Origin: a virus
Direction: 5' to 3' (one strand)
Virus record (IMG/VR): IMGVR_UViG_3300020045_002743
Location: 1 to 64,000 of that record
DNA: 64,000 bases
In this document: piece by piece, positions 50,992 to 61,869 of the stretch
Numbering within the stretch: position 1 is the first letter of the stretch
Layout: every line of letters starts with the position of its first letter
The notes under the pieces: generated by a model
The model's input: the letters and a program-made list of their open reading frames with translations, nothing else
Databases searched by the model: none
What the model was told of the DNA's origin: nothing
Translations under genes and position numbers: made by a program

Positions 50992-52842
50992 TTGGAGATT
51001 GCTCGCTATACGATAGGAACTTCGATTGTTTTCCCTCGTTCAGAAATTGTTAGGTTTGATGCTCAGTTAAGAATTCTAGAGTCAAAGATAAGAGCTTCTA
51101 GCCAGAAAATGAATGCTCTGTTTAATTTAAACCTCTCTAGGTTTAATGTTAATCAGCCAGCGTTAAATAGGGCTTTAGGGAATGCTTTAGATATTGCAAG
51201 CGCATCTCTATTCTTCCGAGTAGAGCATTTTGTTGTAGACACCGATGCACTCCGTAGGGCTTTGTTAGCGGCCCAATTAAGAGCACAAGCTGGCCTCCCT
51301 CCAATTAACTCCCGAATCAATGGTGGTCCAGGTGGAGGCGCGGGTGGCTTAGGTGGTGGTATTTATGGGGGCCTATCCCGGCTCTATGGTCCAGCACTTG
51401 CGCTAGGGTTTGGTGGATATGGCCTGAGTAAGCTCAACCAAAGAAACCAAGAAGTTGTCGCTGCTCAATTGCAAACACAAGCTGTAAGTACGGCTAACGG
51501 TGGCACAGCTGAACAGGGTGATCAGTCTTTTGCTTGGCTTAAACAACAAGGTAATAGGGTTGGATTTAACTACCTTGAGGCGGCGCCCAGCTTTAACACA
51601 TTAACAGCAAACCTACTAGGATCTGGTAGCTCGTTACAAGATTCTAAGAACGTTTTCAAGGGTTTTTCTGAATTCGGCAGAATTAACAAATTATCAGCTG
51701 CAAAAATGCAGCTTGTTTTCAAAGCTCTTGGAGATATTGCAGGTAAAGATAAGCTACAAGCACAAGAGCTAACCACTCAATTAGGCAACACTCTCCCCGG
51801 GGCGAGAGGTATTTTTGCTCAAGCATATCAAAACCAACTAAAAGCAACGGGTAAGGGTAAAGGAGACCTTACAGGCAGTGCATCTATTGTGGCCCTATTA
51901 GATGCGATGAAGAAGGGCGAAGTACATGGTAATATCTTAACTTATGCAGCAGATATTGCATCAGCCAAAGCCCAACCAGGTTTAGAAAAAGCCTCTCAAG
52001 CATCTCAAGCTGAACAAGCTCGTTATCAGAATGCTGTAACTGATATGGCTATTGTAGCTTCTAACTCAGGCGTTGAAGAAGGTTTTGCCCGTATCTTTCG
52101 TACCCTTACAGCAGGCTTAAGTGAAAGCAATGGTCTAGTGACCACTCTTGCAGAAGGCTTCAATGAAGCTACTAAATGGGCCGATGATTTACTACTTTTC
52201 CCTCAATCTTTTGCAAGAGCCTTGGAAGGTAAAGACAGCCTTGTAGCAGACTGGCTTGGTGTAGATAAAACTTCCCAGCTAGTCAAAGATTGGCAAGACA
52301 TTAAGACCTTATGGGATCAAATGTCAGCTCTTAATCCCAGCAACTTGTTTGGTCAATTTCTCCCTACAATAGAAGCCACCACTCGTGAGCTTGCAATGAT
52401 TTTAAACCAGCTTGCACAGTTCCAACAATGGAAGACTAATCTCACAGCTTCACCCTCTCAAGATACTGATGTGAGCTTCTGGCAACGTCCAATTACTTCC
52501 ACTTATCAAACGCTGGGTAGATTCTTTGGTGGTGTTGGTGATGCTGTAGATAGGTCCAAGGACAGAGGCCGGGCGGTATATGATGACCCTAATGCTTTCT
52601 TTTATCAGAATCCAGCACTCTATGATGAAAATCAAAAGAACATGGCTATGGATCAGGCTGCTGCGGGGAATGACTATCAACTGAATGGGTCTGGCTCAGT
52701 AACTAATCAGTTTGATATTAGTATCAATATAGATCCAGCAACAATGGGAAATATTGATGTTCAGTCCCAAGCTGAAGATTTGATGAACAGATTTAAAATT
52801 GAATTGTCTAATGCCTCTGTTAATTTCCCTGTCAAAGAGTAA
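50992..52842 (+). CDS. Tape measure protein
   Basis: TTG start after AGGAGA; KAL.DIAGKDKLQAQEL..QLG..LPGA tape-measure motif. Confidence 0.85.
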   Translation: MEIARYTIGTSIVFPRSEIVRFDAQLRILESKIRASSQKMNALFNLNLSRFNVNQPALNRALGNALDIASASLFFRVEHFVVDTDALRRALLAAQLRAQAGLPPINSRINGGPGGGAGGLGGGIYGGLSRLYGPALALGFGGYGLSKLNQRNQEVVAAQLQTQAVSTANGGTAEQGDQSFAWLKQQGNRVGFNYLEAAPSFNTLTANLLGSGSSLQDSKNVFKGFSEFGRINKLSAAKMQLVFKALGDIAGKDKLQAQELTTQLGNTLPGARGIFAQAYQNQLKATGKGKGDLTGSASIVALLDAMKKGEVHGNILTYAADIASAKAQPGLEKASQASQAEQARYQNAVTDMAIVASNSGVEEGFARIFRTLTAGLSESNGLVTTLAEGFNEATKWADDLLLFPQSFARALEGKDSLVADWLGVDKTSQLVKDWQDIKTLWDQMSALNPSNLFGQFLPTIEATTRELAMILNQLAQFQQWKTNLTASPSQDTDVSFWQRPITSTYQTLGRFFGGVGDAVDRSKDRGRAVYDDPNAFFYQNPALYDENQKNMAMDQAAAGNDYQLNGSGSVTNQFDISINIDPATMGNIDVQSQAEDLMNRFKIELSNASVNFPVKE

Positions 52843-52854
52843 GGAGCAACACTT

Positions 52855-53646
52855 ATGACGCTAGCCGTTAGATGGGGTGAAGACCTTACAGATGATTTGG
52901 GCGGTTTCATCTACTTTGACGCTATTACAGCGTATACACAAAACTTCAAAGGTCAGGTTACCAAGCACCCCATAGCTAATGGTGGGAATGTTTCTGACCA
53001 CTTTATCAGAGATAATCCAGTAATCACATTATCTGGTGTTATTACTGGAGTAGATATCTCGACTGGTGTTTATCTCATTCAAGATAATAGTGGTATAGAA
53101 CCTTCAAACACTTTTCCAGCTCCGTCTGCTGTGTCTGTTAACTCAACAGATCAAAGTGTTCTACAAAGGTTTATTCCAGACAGTATCGGACAATTCCTGG
53201 GTGACGCTACTCCCAATGTCACTGTAGATGCAAGACGTGCTGATCTTATTGAGCAAATTAGACAAGCTTTGGTGAACCTTGCAACAGGTGATGTTTATAA
53301 TTCAAATACTGGTCAATTTAGACCTCAAATTCAAATAGTTCGTTTATTTGAATTTGATAAGAACTTGATTCGTAGGATTATAAACAGACTTGTAATCACC
53401 AACGTAACTTTCAAAGAAGATGCTAACTCTGGTTATGCTCTTTATTGTGATATTACCTTTGAACAAGTTACCTTTGCAAACCTTAAGAAGACAACCATCC
53501 CCAAAGATGTGGTTAACTCTCTTAAAAAGAAAGGTGCTACAAAGGCTGATAAAGGCAAACAAGACAGTACGCCACAGGATATTTCTGGAGGATCTACTGA
53601 TGCCCCCAAAGATACAGATCCTCTAAGACAAGCTAGGGAGAACTAA
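52855..53646 (+). CDS. Tail tube initiator / distal tail protein
   Basis: FDA......VT.HPI..G..VSDH. Confidence 0.7.
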   Translation: MTLAVRWGEDLTDDLGGFIYFDAITAYTQNFKGQVTKHPIANGGNVSDHFIRDNPVITLSGVITGVDISTGVYLIQDNSGIEPSNTFPAPSAVSVNSTDQSVLQRFIPDSIGQFLGDATPNVTVDARRADLIEQIRQALVNLATGDVYNSNTGQFRPQIQIVRLFEFDKNLIRRIINRLVITNVTFKEDANSGYALYCDITFEQVTFANLKKTTIPKDVVNSLKKKGATKADKGKQDSTPQDISGGSTDAPKDTDPLRQAREN

Positions 53647-53978
53647 TGGCTACCAAATACATTTCACTCCCTCTGTTCTCTGATCCCTATTATACATATG
53701 CTGTAGCTCTTCAAGATGTGTCCTATAATCTTGAATTTATCTACAATGAGCGTACTCAGCTATACTCACTATCTTTGTATGATCAGAACAATGATCCTAT
53801 TGTTCTAGGTGAAGCTTTAGTACCAAATTATCCAATATTTAAGGACTATGCAATATTCCCTTTAACTGGATTCTTCTGGATGGAAGAGAGGGCAGATATT
53901 ATATCAGAGCCATATAAACTTTATCCAGATTCTATTGATCAATATTACAATCTCTTTTATATTTATGATGAGGTGTAG
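53646..53978 (+). CDS. Baseplate protein
   Basis: Y.L.F.YNER...Y.L.LYD; position. Confidence 0.65.
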   Translation: MATKYISLPLFSDPYYTYAVALQDVSYNLEFIYNERTQLYSLSLYDQNNDPIVLGEALVPNYPIFKDYAIFPLTGFFWMEERADIISEPYKLYPDSIDQYYNLFYIYDEV

Positions 53979-53980
53979 TT

Positions 53981-54868
53981 ATGGACTTGATTCAAAAGAA
54001 TCGCCAGTATAAATTAATAATTGGCAACTATCAAACTACAAACGCCTTAGAGATTGATGCTCTTCAAGTTACATTTGATATTTCAAAGTCAGTTAACAAT
54101 AAGAAGAAAACTAACTCAGCCTCTATTGAAGTTTATAATCTTACTGATGATCAACTAAAGATTTTGGATACAGACTTCCCGGCAGCTGTATTCTCAGCGG
54201 GTTATGAAGATACTGGTGGTGTCAAAAGACTTTTCTCTGGACAAGTTAATAATGTGACAACCAGAAAGTCCGGCACGGATCGTGTTACTCAGATACAAAT
54301 GGGTAGCGGTTACACTGAACTAAACCATGAGGTTCTGAGTCAGGTTGTACCTCCCGGTAAGAATGTGCAAGATGCTATTGAAGAACTACGTAAGGCTATT
54401 GGTGCTGATCGTGGTGTTTATAATGGTACCAACCTAAACAATCAAATCATCTATGGTTATCCTTTGTCTGGAACACCTAAAGAGATGCTGGATGAGTTAT
54501 CTGAAAAATATAACTTAAATTGGCAACTTGATGGTGAAGTTCTTTATGTCAATAATAATGACAGAGCTAATACTGAGAACTTCAATCAGGCTTATGTAAT
54601 TTCTGAGTTTACAGGTATGGTTGAGATTCCTTATCGTACTACCTTGAACAAAGGTAGATCAAAGAAAGATAAGATTAAGAAGCCCGGAGTTCAATTCAAG
54701 ATTCTTCTTAATCCAGCTATTATTGCTGGTGATATTATCAGACTTGAAGATACTTTGATTACTGGATGGTACAAAGTAGAAGATATCAGACATACTGGTA
54801 GCTGGAGAGGGTCACCATGGTATTCGGAAATTAAGGCAACAACACTAGAGAAAGTAGACAGGAAGTAG
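53981..54868 (+). CDS. Baseplate hub
   Basis: FDI.KS....N.A.IEVYNL, AGY, LLNP.I..G. Confidence 0.75.
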   Translation: MDLIQKNRQYKLIIGNYQTTNALEIDALQVTFDISKSVNNKKKTNSASIEVYNLTDDQLKILDTDFPAAVFSAGYEDTGGVKRLFSGQVNNVTTRKSGTDRVTQIQMGSGYTELNHEVLSQVVPPGKNVQDAIEELRKAIGADRGVYNGTNLNNQIIYGYPLSGTPKEMLDELSEKYNLNWQLDGEVLYVNNNDRANTENFNQAYVISEFTGMVEIPYRTTLNKGRSKKDKIKKPGVQFKILLNPAIIAGDIIRLEDTLITGWYKVEDIRHTGSWRGSPWYSEIKATTLEKVDRK

Positions 54869-54871
54869 ATT

Positions 54872-55630
54872 ATGGTTCCAGAATTACAAGAATTTGTTAT
54901 GAGTGCAATCGAATCAGAGAACAATAACAAATACACTTGTATTCCTTGTATTGTTGTTGCTGTCAGAGATGATTTGAACACTCAGATGGTAGATATTCAA
55001 CCAAGTGTGAACCAGATGTTCAAGGATGGTACTGTTAAAGAACGTCCTGTAATTCAAGGTGTTCCTGTCTCTTTTCAAGTGTCTAAGACTTCTGGGTTCA
55101 CCTTTCCCATTAATGTAGGGGATACTGGCACAGCTATTTTCTCTATGCGTAGTATCGAAGCATGGAAAGGTGGTAATGGTAGGCCATCAGCACCCACTAA
55201 CTTCTCTAAGATGGATAAGAGTGATGCCATCTTCATTCCCGGTATTCAACCTCCGGGTAATGCTGTGAACAATCCAGCAAAGCATGTACTTACTCATAGC
55301 AGTAAGGACACTGTGATTTTCGGCAACATTGGTGGTGCAGAGGCTGAAGTTCGTATTCGTGCTGATGGTAGTATTGGTATTACAACAAGTAATATGCCCA
55401 TCATTGTTGAGGGTAGCGATGTGACAATTAATGCTTCTTCAAGTATTAACTTCAACTCACCTTCAATGATTGTAGATGTTTCAGCAACCACTTGGATTGG
55501 TAACATCACACATCAAGGTGACTACGCTCAAACAGGTAATTACACTTTGGTTGGTGGTCAAGCTACGTTCAATGGGGTAATTTTTAATACTCACAGACAT
55601 GCGCCGTCTACAGTACCACCAAGTAATTAA
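54872..55630 (+). CDS. Baseplate central spike
   Basis: VDIQP, VPV.F, TFPI.VGD; C-terminal THRH metal motif. Confidence 0.82.
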   Translation: MVPELQEFVMSAIESENNNKYTCIPCIVVAVRDDLNTQMVDIQPSVNQMFKDGTVKERPVIQGVPVSFQVSKTSGFTFPINVGDTGTAIFSMRSIEAWKGGNGRPSAPTNFSKMDKSDAIFIPGIQPPGNAVNNPAKHVLTHSSKDTVIFGNIGGAEAEVRIRADGSIGITTSNMPIIVEGSDVTINASSSINFNSPSMIVDVSATTWIGNITHQGDYAQTGNYTLVGGQATFNGVIFNTHRHAPSTVPPSN

Positions 55631-55641
55631 GGAGGTGTGTC

Positions 55642-55998
55642 ATAGATTTTCTACTAAATGAACAACATGATATTGTTTGGCACAACGGACCACTTTTGAA
55701 GTCTGATACCACACAACCTTTGATCGATACAGTTAGGCAGAGGTTGCTTATCCTCTTGAAGACGTTCCAAGGTGAGTGGTTCCTCGATACTACTTATGGA
55801 GTACCTTGGTATCAAAGTATACTTGGACGTAAGACTACAAAAGATGGTGTAGACCTAATCTTCCAGACAGCTATCTTATCAGAAAATGGAGTTAAGGAAA
55901 TTACATCCTTCTCATCCACCTTCGTTAAAAGACAATATTCCATGACTTTCTCTGTGAGAGTTAATGATGGTCAGATTACAGCTCCCATCACTATTTAA
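55642..55998 (+). CDS. gp25-like baseplate wedge protein, probable ATA start
   Basis: QRL...L.TF.GEWFLD...GVPW; AAGGAGGT RBS before in-frame ATA. Confidence 0.75.
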   Translation: MDFLLNEQHDIVWHNGPLLKSDTTQPLIDTVRQRLLILLKTFQGEWFLDTTYGVPWYQSILGRKTTKDGVDLIFQTAILSENGVKEITSFSSTFVKRQYSMTFSVRVNDGQITAPITI

Positions 55999-56016
55999 TT
56001 AAATTAAGGAAATAAA

Positions 56017-57459
56017 ATGGCGGGTATTTCTGACCAAGGCTTTACAATTAAAAGAATGACAGAGATACTTTCAGACTTACGTGCTGAAGCTACCTCTTTA
56101 TTTCAAGATTTAGTTGAACCCGGTGATCAGGTCGATACATCCAATAGCTCAGCATTGGGTAGGCTTGTAGCGCTTGTAAGCCCAAGCTTAGCAGACTTAT
56201 GGGAAGTAGCACAAGCTGATTACCAAGCATTTGATCCTAATTCTGCAACAGGCATTGCTCTAGATAACCTTGTAGCCCTTGGGGGTATTACAAGACAAGA
56301 ACAGACATACTCTACTGCACAAGTGATCATATCAGGAGATAATGGTACTTTGGTGTCATCAGGTCTGACTGTAGGCAGCTCAATTGACAGTAGTCAGTGG
56401 ACAATTCTGTCTCCTGTAGCGCTTTCTCCTTCTCAAGCTGTCGGTGTTACGGTTACTCCTCTAGTCGTCTCAGATAGCACAGTTTATAGCATAACTTACA
56501 CATCTATCAGCACTGCTAATACGATCAATTTCACAAGTGATGCTTCTGCTACAGCTGCTGAGATTGTTGCTGGGTTGAATGCTGTAATTATTGCAAGCCA
56601 CCCAAGTCTTGTTAGCAGCATTGAAGGTACGTCTCTTAAAATTAGTCGTGTTGATGAATTCTCTGCTGTAACTTTCACCGTAACCCCTAATCTTGGTATT
56701 ACTAAAGTACAAAAACTTGGTGAGATTCAGAGCAGTGTAGTGGGCGAGGTTAATGCTGAAGCTAATACTTTGAATGTTATTCTTACCCCTCAGCTTGGTT
56801 GGGATAACGTTACAAACCCTCAAGCTGCAAGTCCGGGACGTAATCTCGAAACAGATGAAGAACTTCGTCTAAGATTTAGAGAAACTAAATTTGATAGGGC
56901 CTCTAATATTCTCGAAGCTCTTTACTCAGCACTTATTAATCTTGAAGGTGTCGAGGAAGTAAGAATTTACGAGAATGACACAGATGTTGTAGATGCGTTT
57001 GGTGTACCTGCACACAGCTTTATGCCAATTGTTCTTGGTGGTGTTAGTATTGATATTGCAAACACCATTTGGGAAAACAAGCCAATGGGTATCAGAAGTT
57101 ATGGTGATACAGTTGTAGTTATCTTTGATACTCAAGGTTTTTCTCATAACATTGGTTTTGAACGTCCTGATCCATTGCCTATATATATTACGATTAATCT
57201 TACTACAGACAGTGAATTTCCGGGTACAGGTGTTGATGATATTAAGTCTGCTTTGATTACATACTTTGATAGTAATCTTGGTATTGGCGATGACGTTATT
57301 TGGAGCAGATTATTTACACCAATTAACACTGTTAAAGGTCACGAGATTGATAGTTTGTTTATTGGTACATCTCCCAGCCCAACAGGTACTGACAGTATTC
57401 CGGTAGCTTTCGACATGATTGCTTCACTATCTTCAGACAATATTATAATCAATACATAA
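56017..57459 (+). CDS. Baseplate J-like wedge protein
   Basis: ATG.ALD.L....G..R, ETDEELR.R, YENDT, PAHS. Confidence 0.88.
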   Translation: MAGISDQGFTIKRMTEILSDLRAEATSLFQDLVEPGDQVDTSNSSALGRLVALVSPSLADLWEVAQADYQAFDPNSATGIALDNLVALGGITRQEQTYSTAQVIISGDNGTLVSSGLTVGSSIDSSQWTILSPVALSPSQAVGVTVTPLVVSDSTVYSITYTSISTANTINFTSDASATAAEIVAGLNAVIIASHPSLVSSIEGTSLKISRVDEFSAVTFTVTPNLGITKVQKLGEIQSSVVGEVNAEANTLNVILTPQLGWDNVTNPQAASPGRNLETDEELRLRFRETKFDRASNILEALYSALINLEGVEEVRIYENDTDVVDAFGVPAHSFMPIVLGGVSIDIANTIWENKPMGIRSYGDTVVVIFDTQGFSHNIGFERPDPLPIYITINLTTDSEFPGTGVDDIKSALITYFDSNLGIGDDVIWSRLFTPINTVKGHEIDSLFIGTSPSPTGTDSIPVAFDMIASLSSDNIIINT

Positions 57460-57469
57460 GGGGTGGTAC

Positions 57470-58270
57470 ATGGCTATCACGCCTTTTGAACAAATCGATT
57501 ATCTTTCTGAAGCTCGTGAACGAGTGACGGAGCAGTTCGTAGGAAAGGAAGTTTTTGATAAATATCTTCAACTCCTTATTAATGCTCAAGTAGAAATACA
57601 AAAAGTATTTAAAGACCTTATGCAATTAAGAAGTCTTGATACAGCTACTGGAGCCCAACTAGATGTTATTGGTAGAATTGTTGGTCAAGAAAGAATCTTA
57701 CTGAATGCTGACTTCTACAACTTCTTTGGTTTCCAAGGTGCAATAAAAGCATCTAGTTTTGGTGAGGTGGGTAATCCATCCGTAGGTGGTATGTTCTATG
57801 ATTTTGGTAAACCACTTGGTGGTAATATCGAACTAGACGACGCTACCTACAGACTCTTCATTAAAGCCAAGATTTTCAAGAACACAACATCATCCACACC
57901 AGAAGAATTTCTAGCTGTACTCAACCTTGTTTTCGGGACTGATACAACAGTATTAACAGAAGAGGGAGACGCCTCTATTACTGTATTGTTATCTAGAACC
58001 TTGACTGACTTTGAAAGGGCGCTCCTCTTCTACATCAGTAATGAGCCGGGTTACCCATCAAGACTTATTCCAAAGACGGTGGGTGTGAGAATAAACTTTG
58101 GTGAGTATGATGGAGACAACTTCTTTGGATTCCAGGGCGTACCTAATGCTAAGGGGTTTGGAGAATTTACAGGAAGCTACGGCTGGGGACTTGGTTACGG
58201 CCTCCACTATGGTGACAGCGATTATGCAACAGTGAGTGGTGGGTACTTCGCCTCACTCTATCAAATTTAA
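57470..58270 (+). CDS. Baseplate wedge protein (DUF2612-like)
   Basis: ATGAQLDVIGRIVG..R, FFGF, LDD.TYR..IKAKI.KN. Confidence 0.8.
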   Translation: MAITPFEQIDYLSEARERVTEQFVGKEVFDKYLQLLINAQVEIQKVFKDLMQLRSLDTATGAQLDVIGRIVGQERILLNADFYNFFGFQGAIKASSFGEVGNPSVGGMFYDFGKPLGGNIELDDATYRLFIKAKIFKNTTSSTPEEFLAVLNLVFGTDTTVLTEEGDASITVLLSRTLTDFERALLFYISNEPGYPSRLIPKTVGVRINFGEYDGDNFFGFQGVPNAKGFGEFTGSYGWGLGYGLHYGDSDYATVSGGYFASLYQI

Positions 58271-58288
58271 GTAAAGGAAAATATAGAC

Positions 58289-59137
58289 ATGGCTGAAATC
58301 ACCAAGCCGTTAGATATTAACAAAATTTGGGCATCTGCTGGCGATGTCTTAGCTCCATCTGATTCAAAAATTGCTACAGGCTGGCAGGTCGAGGTTCCTC
58401 CTAGACAATACTTTAATTATATCGACCAAAAACAGGACCAAGCTATTGCACACATCAATCAGCATGGTATTGCTGTTTGGGACAATACTACAGAATATCA
58501 GTATAGTCTAAGTGGTACTAAATCTATTTGCATGGGCTCTGACGGCACTATTTATCGCGCAAAACAAGTAAGCGTTAACCAGAACCCAGCCACAGATACA
58601 ACTGACACCTATTGGGAAATTGCTTTTGCAAACGTCTCTGATTTTTACACACAGACTCAAAGCGATGCAAGATATCTCCAAAAATCTGCAAATCTTTCTG
58701 ATCTTGTAAACCCTGCAACAGCCCGTACTAATCTTTCTGTATACTCCCAGGCTCAGACCTATACTAAAACAGAAGTTGACGCCAAAACTACAGTTGCAAG
58801 TACCGCTCAAGCACAGGCGCAAGCCTCAGATACTGTATTGATATCAGCCTTAAAACTTACACAAGCATTCCAAGGAGCAAATCAGTCTCTTCTGTCTTCA
58901 GGCACACAAAAACTTCCTGGTGGGTTGATTTTGAAATGGGGATCTGTTGGTAGTGCCTCTGTTCCTGCAACCTCAACCTTTGATACTCCCTTTCCTAATA
59001 ATTGCTTCCAAGTAATTGCCACTCATAGTGGTGCAACAGCACAGTCTGCTAACGTGTCGGCAATTACAAACAGTGGCTTTACTTGGTCCCAAACAGGGTC
59101 TGTTTTTGGTTTGCGTTATATTGCGGTGGGTAACTAA
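58289..59137 (+). CDS. Tail fibre, baseplate-proximal
   Basis: WA..G, GW....PP.QYFN; LPGGLILKWG..F..PFPN C-terminus. Confidence 0.8.
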   Translation: MAEITKPLDINKIWASAGDVLAPSDSKIATGWQVEVPPRQYFNYIDQKQDQAIAHINQHGIAVWDNTTEYQYSLSGTKSICMGSDGTIYRAKQVSVNQNPATDTTDTYWEIAFANVSDFYTQTQSDARYLQKSANLSDLVNPATARTNLSVYSQAQTYTKTEVDAKTTVASTAQAQAQASDTVLISALKLTQAFQGANQSLLSSGTQKLPGGLILKWGSVGSASVPATSTFDTPFPNNCFQVIATHSGATAQSANVSAITNSGFTWSQTGSVFGLRYIAVGN

Positions 59138-59139
59138 TT

Positions 59140-61152
59140 ATGTCACAACTAATAGCTCCATTTGTTGAAGGTAAGTATGGTTGGAATTATGGAGAGTCTG
59201 GTTGGAACTCTGGTATGGATGAAAACCTAGTAAAGTTCTCATTCCTATTTGACAGAAATATTGATGCAATTGTTTCTTCTTTGCCTGCCTCTGTTTCAGG
59301 AACAGCCTATTACTTGTCTACAGATAAGCGTGTTTATTTTTCTGTAAACAACACTTATTACTCAAGTCCAGTACCTAAATGGTTCACTTTGATTGTAAAA
59401 AGTACAGGACAGACGTACCAGTTCAATGGCACAGACTTGTTGTCTGTTAGCACTGGTACACAAGTTGAGACTCGACTTTCGTCTGTAGAGGGGACTATAA
59501 ACTCTTTGGGTACTGCTGCATTCCAACCAACCTCAGCTTTTGCTACGAGCGCTCAACTGGATGTTGTTTCAGCTCAAGCAAATAGCTATACTGATACCTT
59601 AAGAACTAACCTCTTCTCTACAACAGGTACTAGCCTCGTAGGGCATTCGTACATATCACCAACTAAGATTCTCATTTCTGATATACTAAATGGTCTTACT
59701 GTACCAGCTACTGCAAATGGAGCTTTAGGTAATGGTACGGATGAAACATCTTTACTACAAAGTGTAATTTCATTTCTACCATCTGGCGCTACAATTGATG
59801 GTCTTGGTAAGACATTTACAGTAACTAAACTGTTACTAAAATCTAATATGAGAATGAGGAATATTAAGCTTGTAACTAAAGCTAATGCCTCGCCTTTTGA
59901 TTGCCCAATTACTATTGATGGCACGGGAAGTGCAAAAAGTAATATCATATTAGAAGATGTAGAAATTAATGGTAACAGGTCAAATCAAACATCTATTGTA
60001 ACACCCTCTGCTGAAGATGGTGGCCTTCACGGTATAAGGGTAGTTGGGTTTTGTTCAAACCTTTACTTAAATAGAGTAAAAGTATATGCAGCAGGGTCAT
60101 ACGGTATACTTCTTTTTTCTAGTATTTCTGCTGGACCTACAGATAATACTTTTGTCTTCAACAACATAGTTATTAGAGACAGCTCTTTTAATGGTTGCCG
60201 GGCGCATGGTGGTGCCAGTGACAGTACCTTTAATTTCCGCTTTATCAGTGTTGACTTAAAAGATAACGGGAATGATCTAGCTGGTAGTAGTGGGGACCCA
60301 TTAACCTCGGGTACTCGTGGTGCCCGTAGTGCAGGTAATTTGTATGGCACAGGTTGGGATTTTGAGGGCTATGGACTTGGTTCCGCAGTTGCAGAACTTT
60401 ACTTGTTAAAGGTTGTTGCTCTGGGTAATGCTCGAAATGGTATTTTGTTCTTTGACCAACTAGACAACCGCCCTGCTGGGTTTGTGGCAAGGCAAAAGAT
60501 ATGGATATCAGATTGCTATTTTGACAAAGGTCTTGATCCAGCTTCAGATGGAACAGCACTTACTTTTTCAAGTACTATTACTTCCAAGACTTTAGCCCCT
60601 CTTTATTCACAAGTGTATATAAATAATACCAGACTTGATGGCAGCTTAACGTTGAGGGGGTGTGACAACATTCAAATTAACGGTGAAGTGGTACACAGTA
60701 CAACAGCTTTTTATAGCCTGTTGGATTATGCCACCAACATTGTTTTGAATGTTACAACCCCAGGAAGCAGTAAATCTGTTAACTCTTCCAACTCAACTTG
60801 GGTATCTTCAAAATCTTCTGCGATTTCTGCTGGTAATCCTGTCTTATCTCTGTTGTCCGGTACAGGCACTCTTGGCAGCATCGTTGTTACCCCCATAGGT
60901 GGAACAAAAGGTCAATACTACAGATATTCTATATCTGCACAATGGACAGGCTCAGCAGCAGGTTCTCCTTTGTTTAGGATTACTCCAGCAGCTTCCGGTA
61001 CACTTGCCTATGCTCCTAGATTTGAAATTATCAACTCAAGTACATTAATAGCCGTACCTACAAGTTATGTTACAGCAGTTAACTATGCGAAATTTACAGA
61101 TCCGGGATCGGTTATGTTTTATATACAAGCTGTTGTTGATGTGGTGGCTTGA
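59140..61152 (+). CDS. Tailspike / receptor-binding protein with right-handed beta-helix (possible depolymerase)
   Basis: GA.GNG.D.T..LQ, I.GN..NQ, HGI.V repeats. Confidence 0.8.
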   Translation: MSQLIAPFVEGKYGWNYGESGWNSGMDENLVKFSFLFDRNIDAIVSSLPASVSGTAYYLSTDKRVYFSVNNTYYSSPVPKWFTLIVKSTGQTYQFNGTDLLSVSTGTQVETRLSSVEGTINSLGTAAFQPTSAFATSAQLDVVSAQANSYTDTLRTNLFSTTGTSLVGHSYISPTKILISDILNGLTVPATANGALGNGTDETSLLQSVISFLPSGATIDGLGKTFTVTKLLLKSNMRMRNIKLVTKANASPFDCPITIDGTGSAKSNIILEDVEINGNRSNQTSIVTPSAEDGGLHGIRVVGFCSNLYLNRVKVYAAGSYGILLFSSISAGPTDNTFVFNNIVIRDSSFNGCRAHGGASDSTFNFRFISVDLKDNGNDLAGSSGDPLTSGTRGARSAGNLYGTGWDFEGYGLGSAVAELYLLKVVALGNARNGILFFDQLDNRPAGFVARQKIWISDCYFDKGLDPASDGTALTFSSTITSKTLAPLYSQVYINNTRLDGSLTLRGCDNIQINGEVVHSTTAFYSLLDYATNIVLNVTTPGSSKSVNSSNSTWVSSKSSAISAGNPVLSLLSGTGTLGSIVVTPIGGTKGQYYRYSISAQWTGSAAGSPLFRITPAASGTLAYAPRFEIINSSTLIAVPTSYVTAVNYAKFTDPGSVMFYIQAVVDVVA

Positions 61153-61292
61153 TGACAAACTATTCAGAAGCTGCAAAGCTCTTGGGTGTAGAGGAGGCAG
61201 CCGTAAAGGCTGTCGCTTCTGTCGAGAGTCAAGGATTCATATTTTTTCTTGAATATTTTGATGTAACATGCTATTATTATACCTCAAATTAA
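61152..61292 (+). pseudogene. Stub of a DUF3380-like muramidase endolysin
   Basis: MTNYSEAAKLLGVEEAAVKAVASVESQGF, then runs into the HNH promoter and stops. Confidence 0.7.
61249..61277 (+). promoter_or_regulatory. Promoter of the HNH gene
   Basis: TTGAAT-17 bp-TATTAT with TG extension. Confidence 0.6.
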
Positions 61293-61305
61293 TTGTGAGG
61301 TTTTT

Positions 61306-61869
61306 ATGTGTAAGGTCAGTGAGTGTTTAAAAATAGAAGGAAACAAAGAGAAACTTGTTAAACGGATTTCTCAGCGCACTAAAATTAATCCCGAAACTGG
61401 GTGTATTGAGTGGACAGCAAGGTCAAGAACATCTTTTGGCTACGGGCAAATTGGGTTGAAAGATTTTACGGGTCTACGTGTTCACAGGGTTGTTTGGACT
61501 ATAGCTAACGGGGAAATACCCGAAAACCTGTTGATTATGCACTCTTGTGATAACCCACTTTGTTGTAATTTAGAACACCTTTCTCTAGGCACTCATAAAG
61601 ATAATACTGCCGATATGTGGACTAAAGGGCGTCAATCAGAGCCACCAATCCACAAAGGTTTAGAGGAATATAGAGAACGAAACCCCGGAAAATTTCGTGG
61701 TGAAGAAAATGCTACATCTAAACTAAAAGAATTTCAGGTTTTAGAAATTCTTACTTCCCCAAAAAGCCCTAAGTATTTTTGCGAAAAATTCAATATTTCT
61801 AAGCATACTATTTCTTTAATCAGAAAACGAAAAATATGGAAACATGTTGAGGTTCCTAGTGAATATTAG
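61306..61869 (+). CDS. HNH homing endonuclease
   Basis: C.EW, GYG, HRV.W, HSCDNP.CCN..HL.LGT..DN..DM. Confidence 0.92.
   Translation: MCKVSECLKIEGNKEKLVKRISQRTKINPETGCIEWTARSRTSFGYGQIGLKDFTGLRVHRVVWTIANGEIPENLLIMHSCDNPLCCNLEHLSLGTHKDNTADMWTKGRQSEPPIHKGLEEYRERNPGKFRGEENATSKLKEFQVLEILTSPKSPKYFCEKFNISKHTISLIRKRKIWKHVEVPSEY

Noticed and set aside
32045-60559. Numerous minus-strand ORFs within structural genes (e.g. 43041-43655, 32362-32877)
   Set aside because: Antisense shadows of codon-biased genes, with no RBS or motifs.
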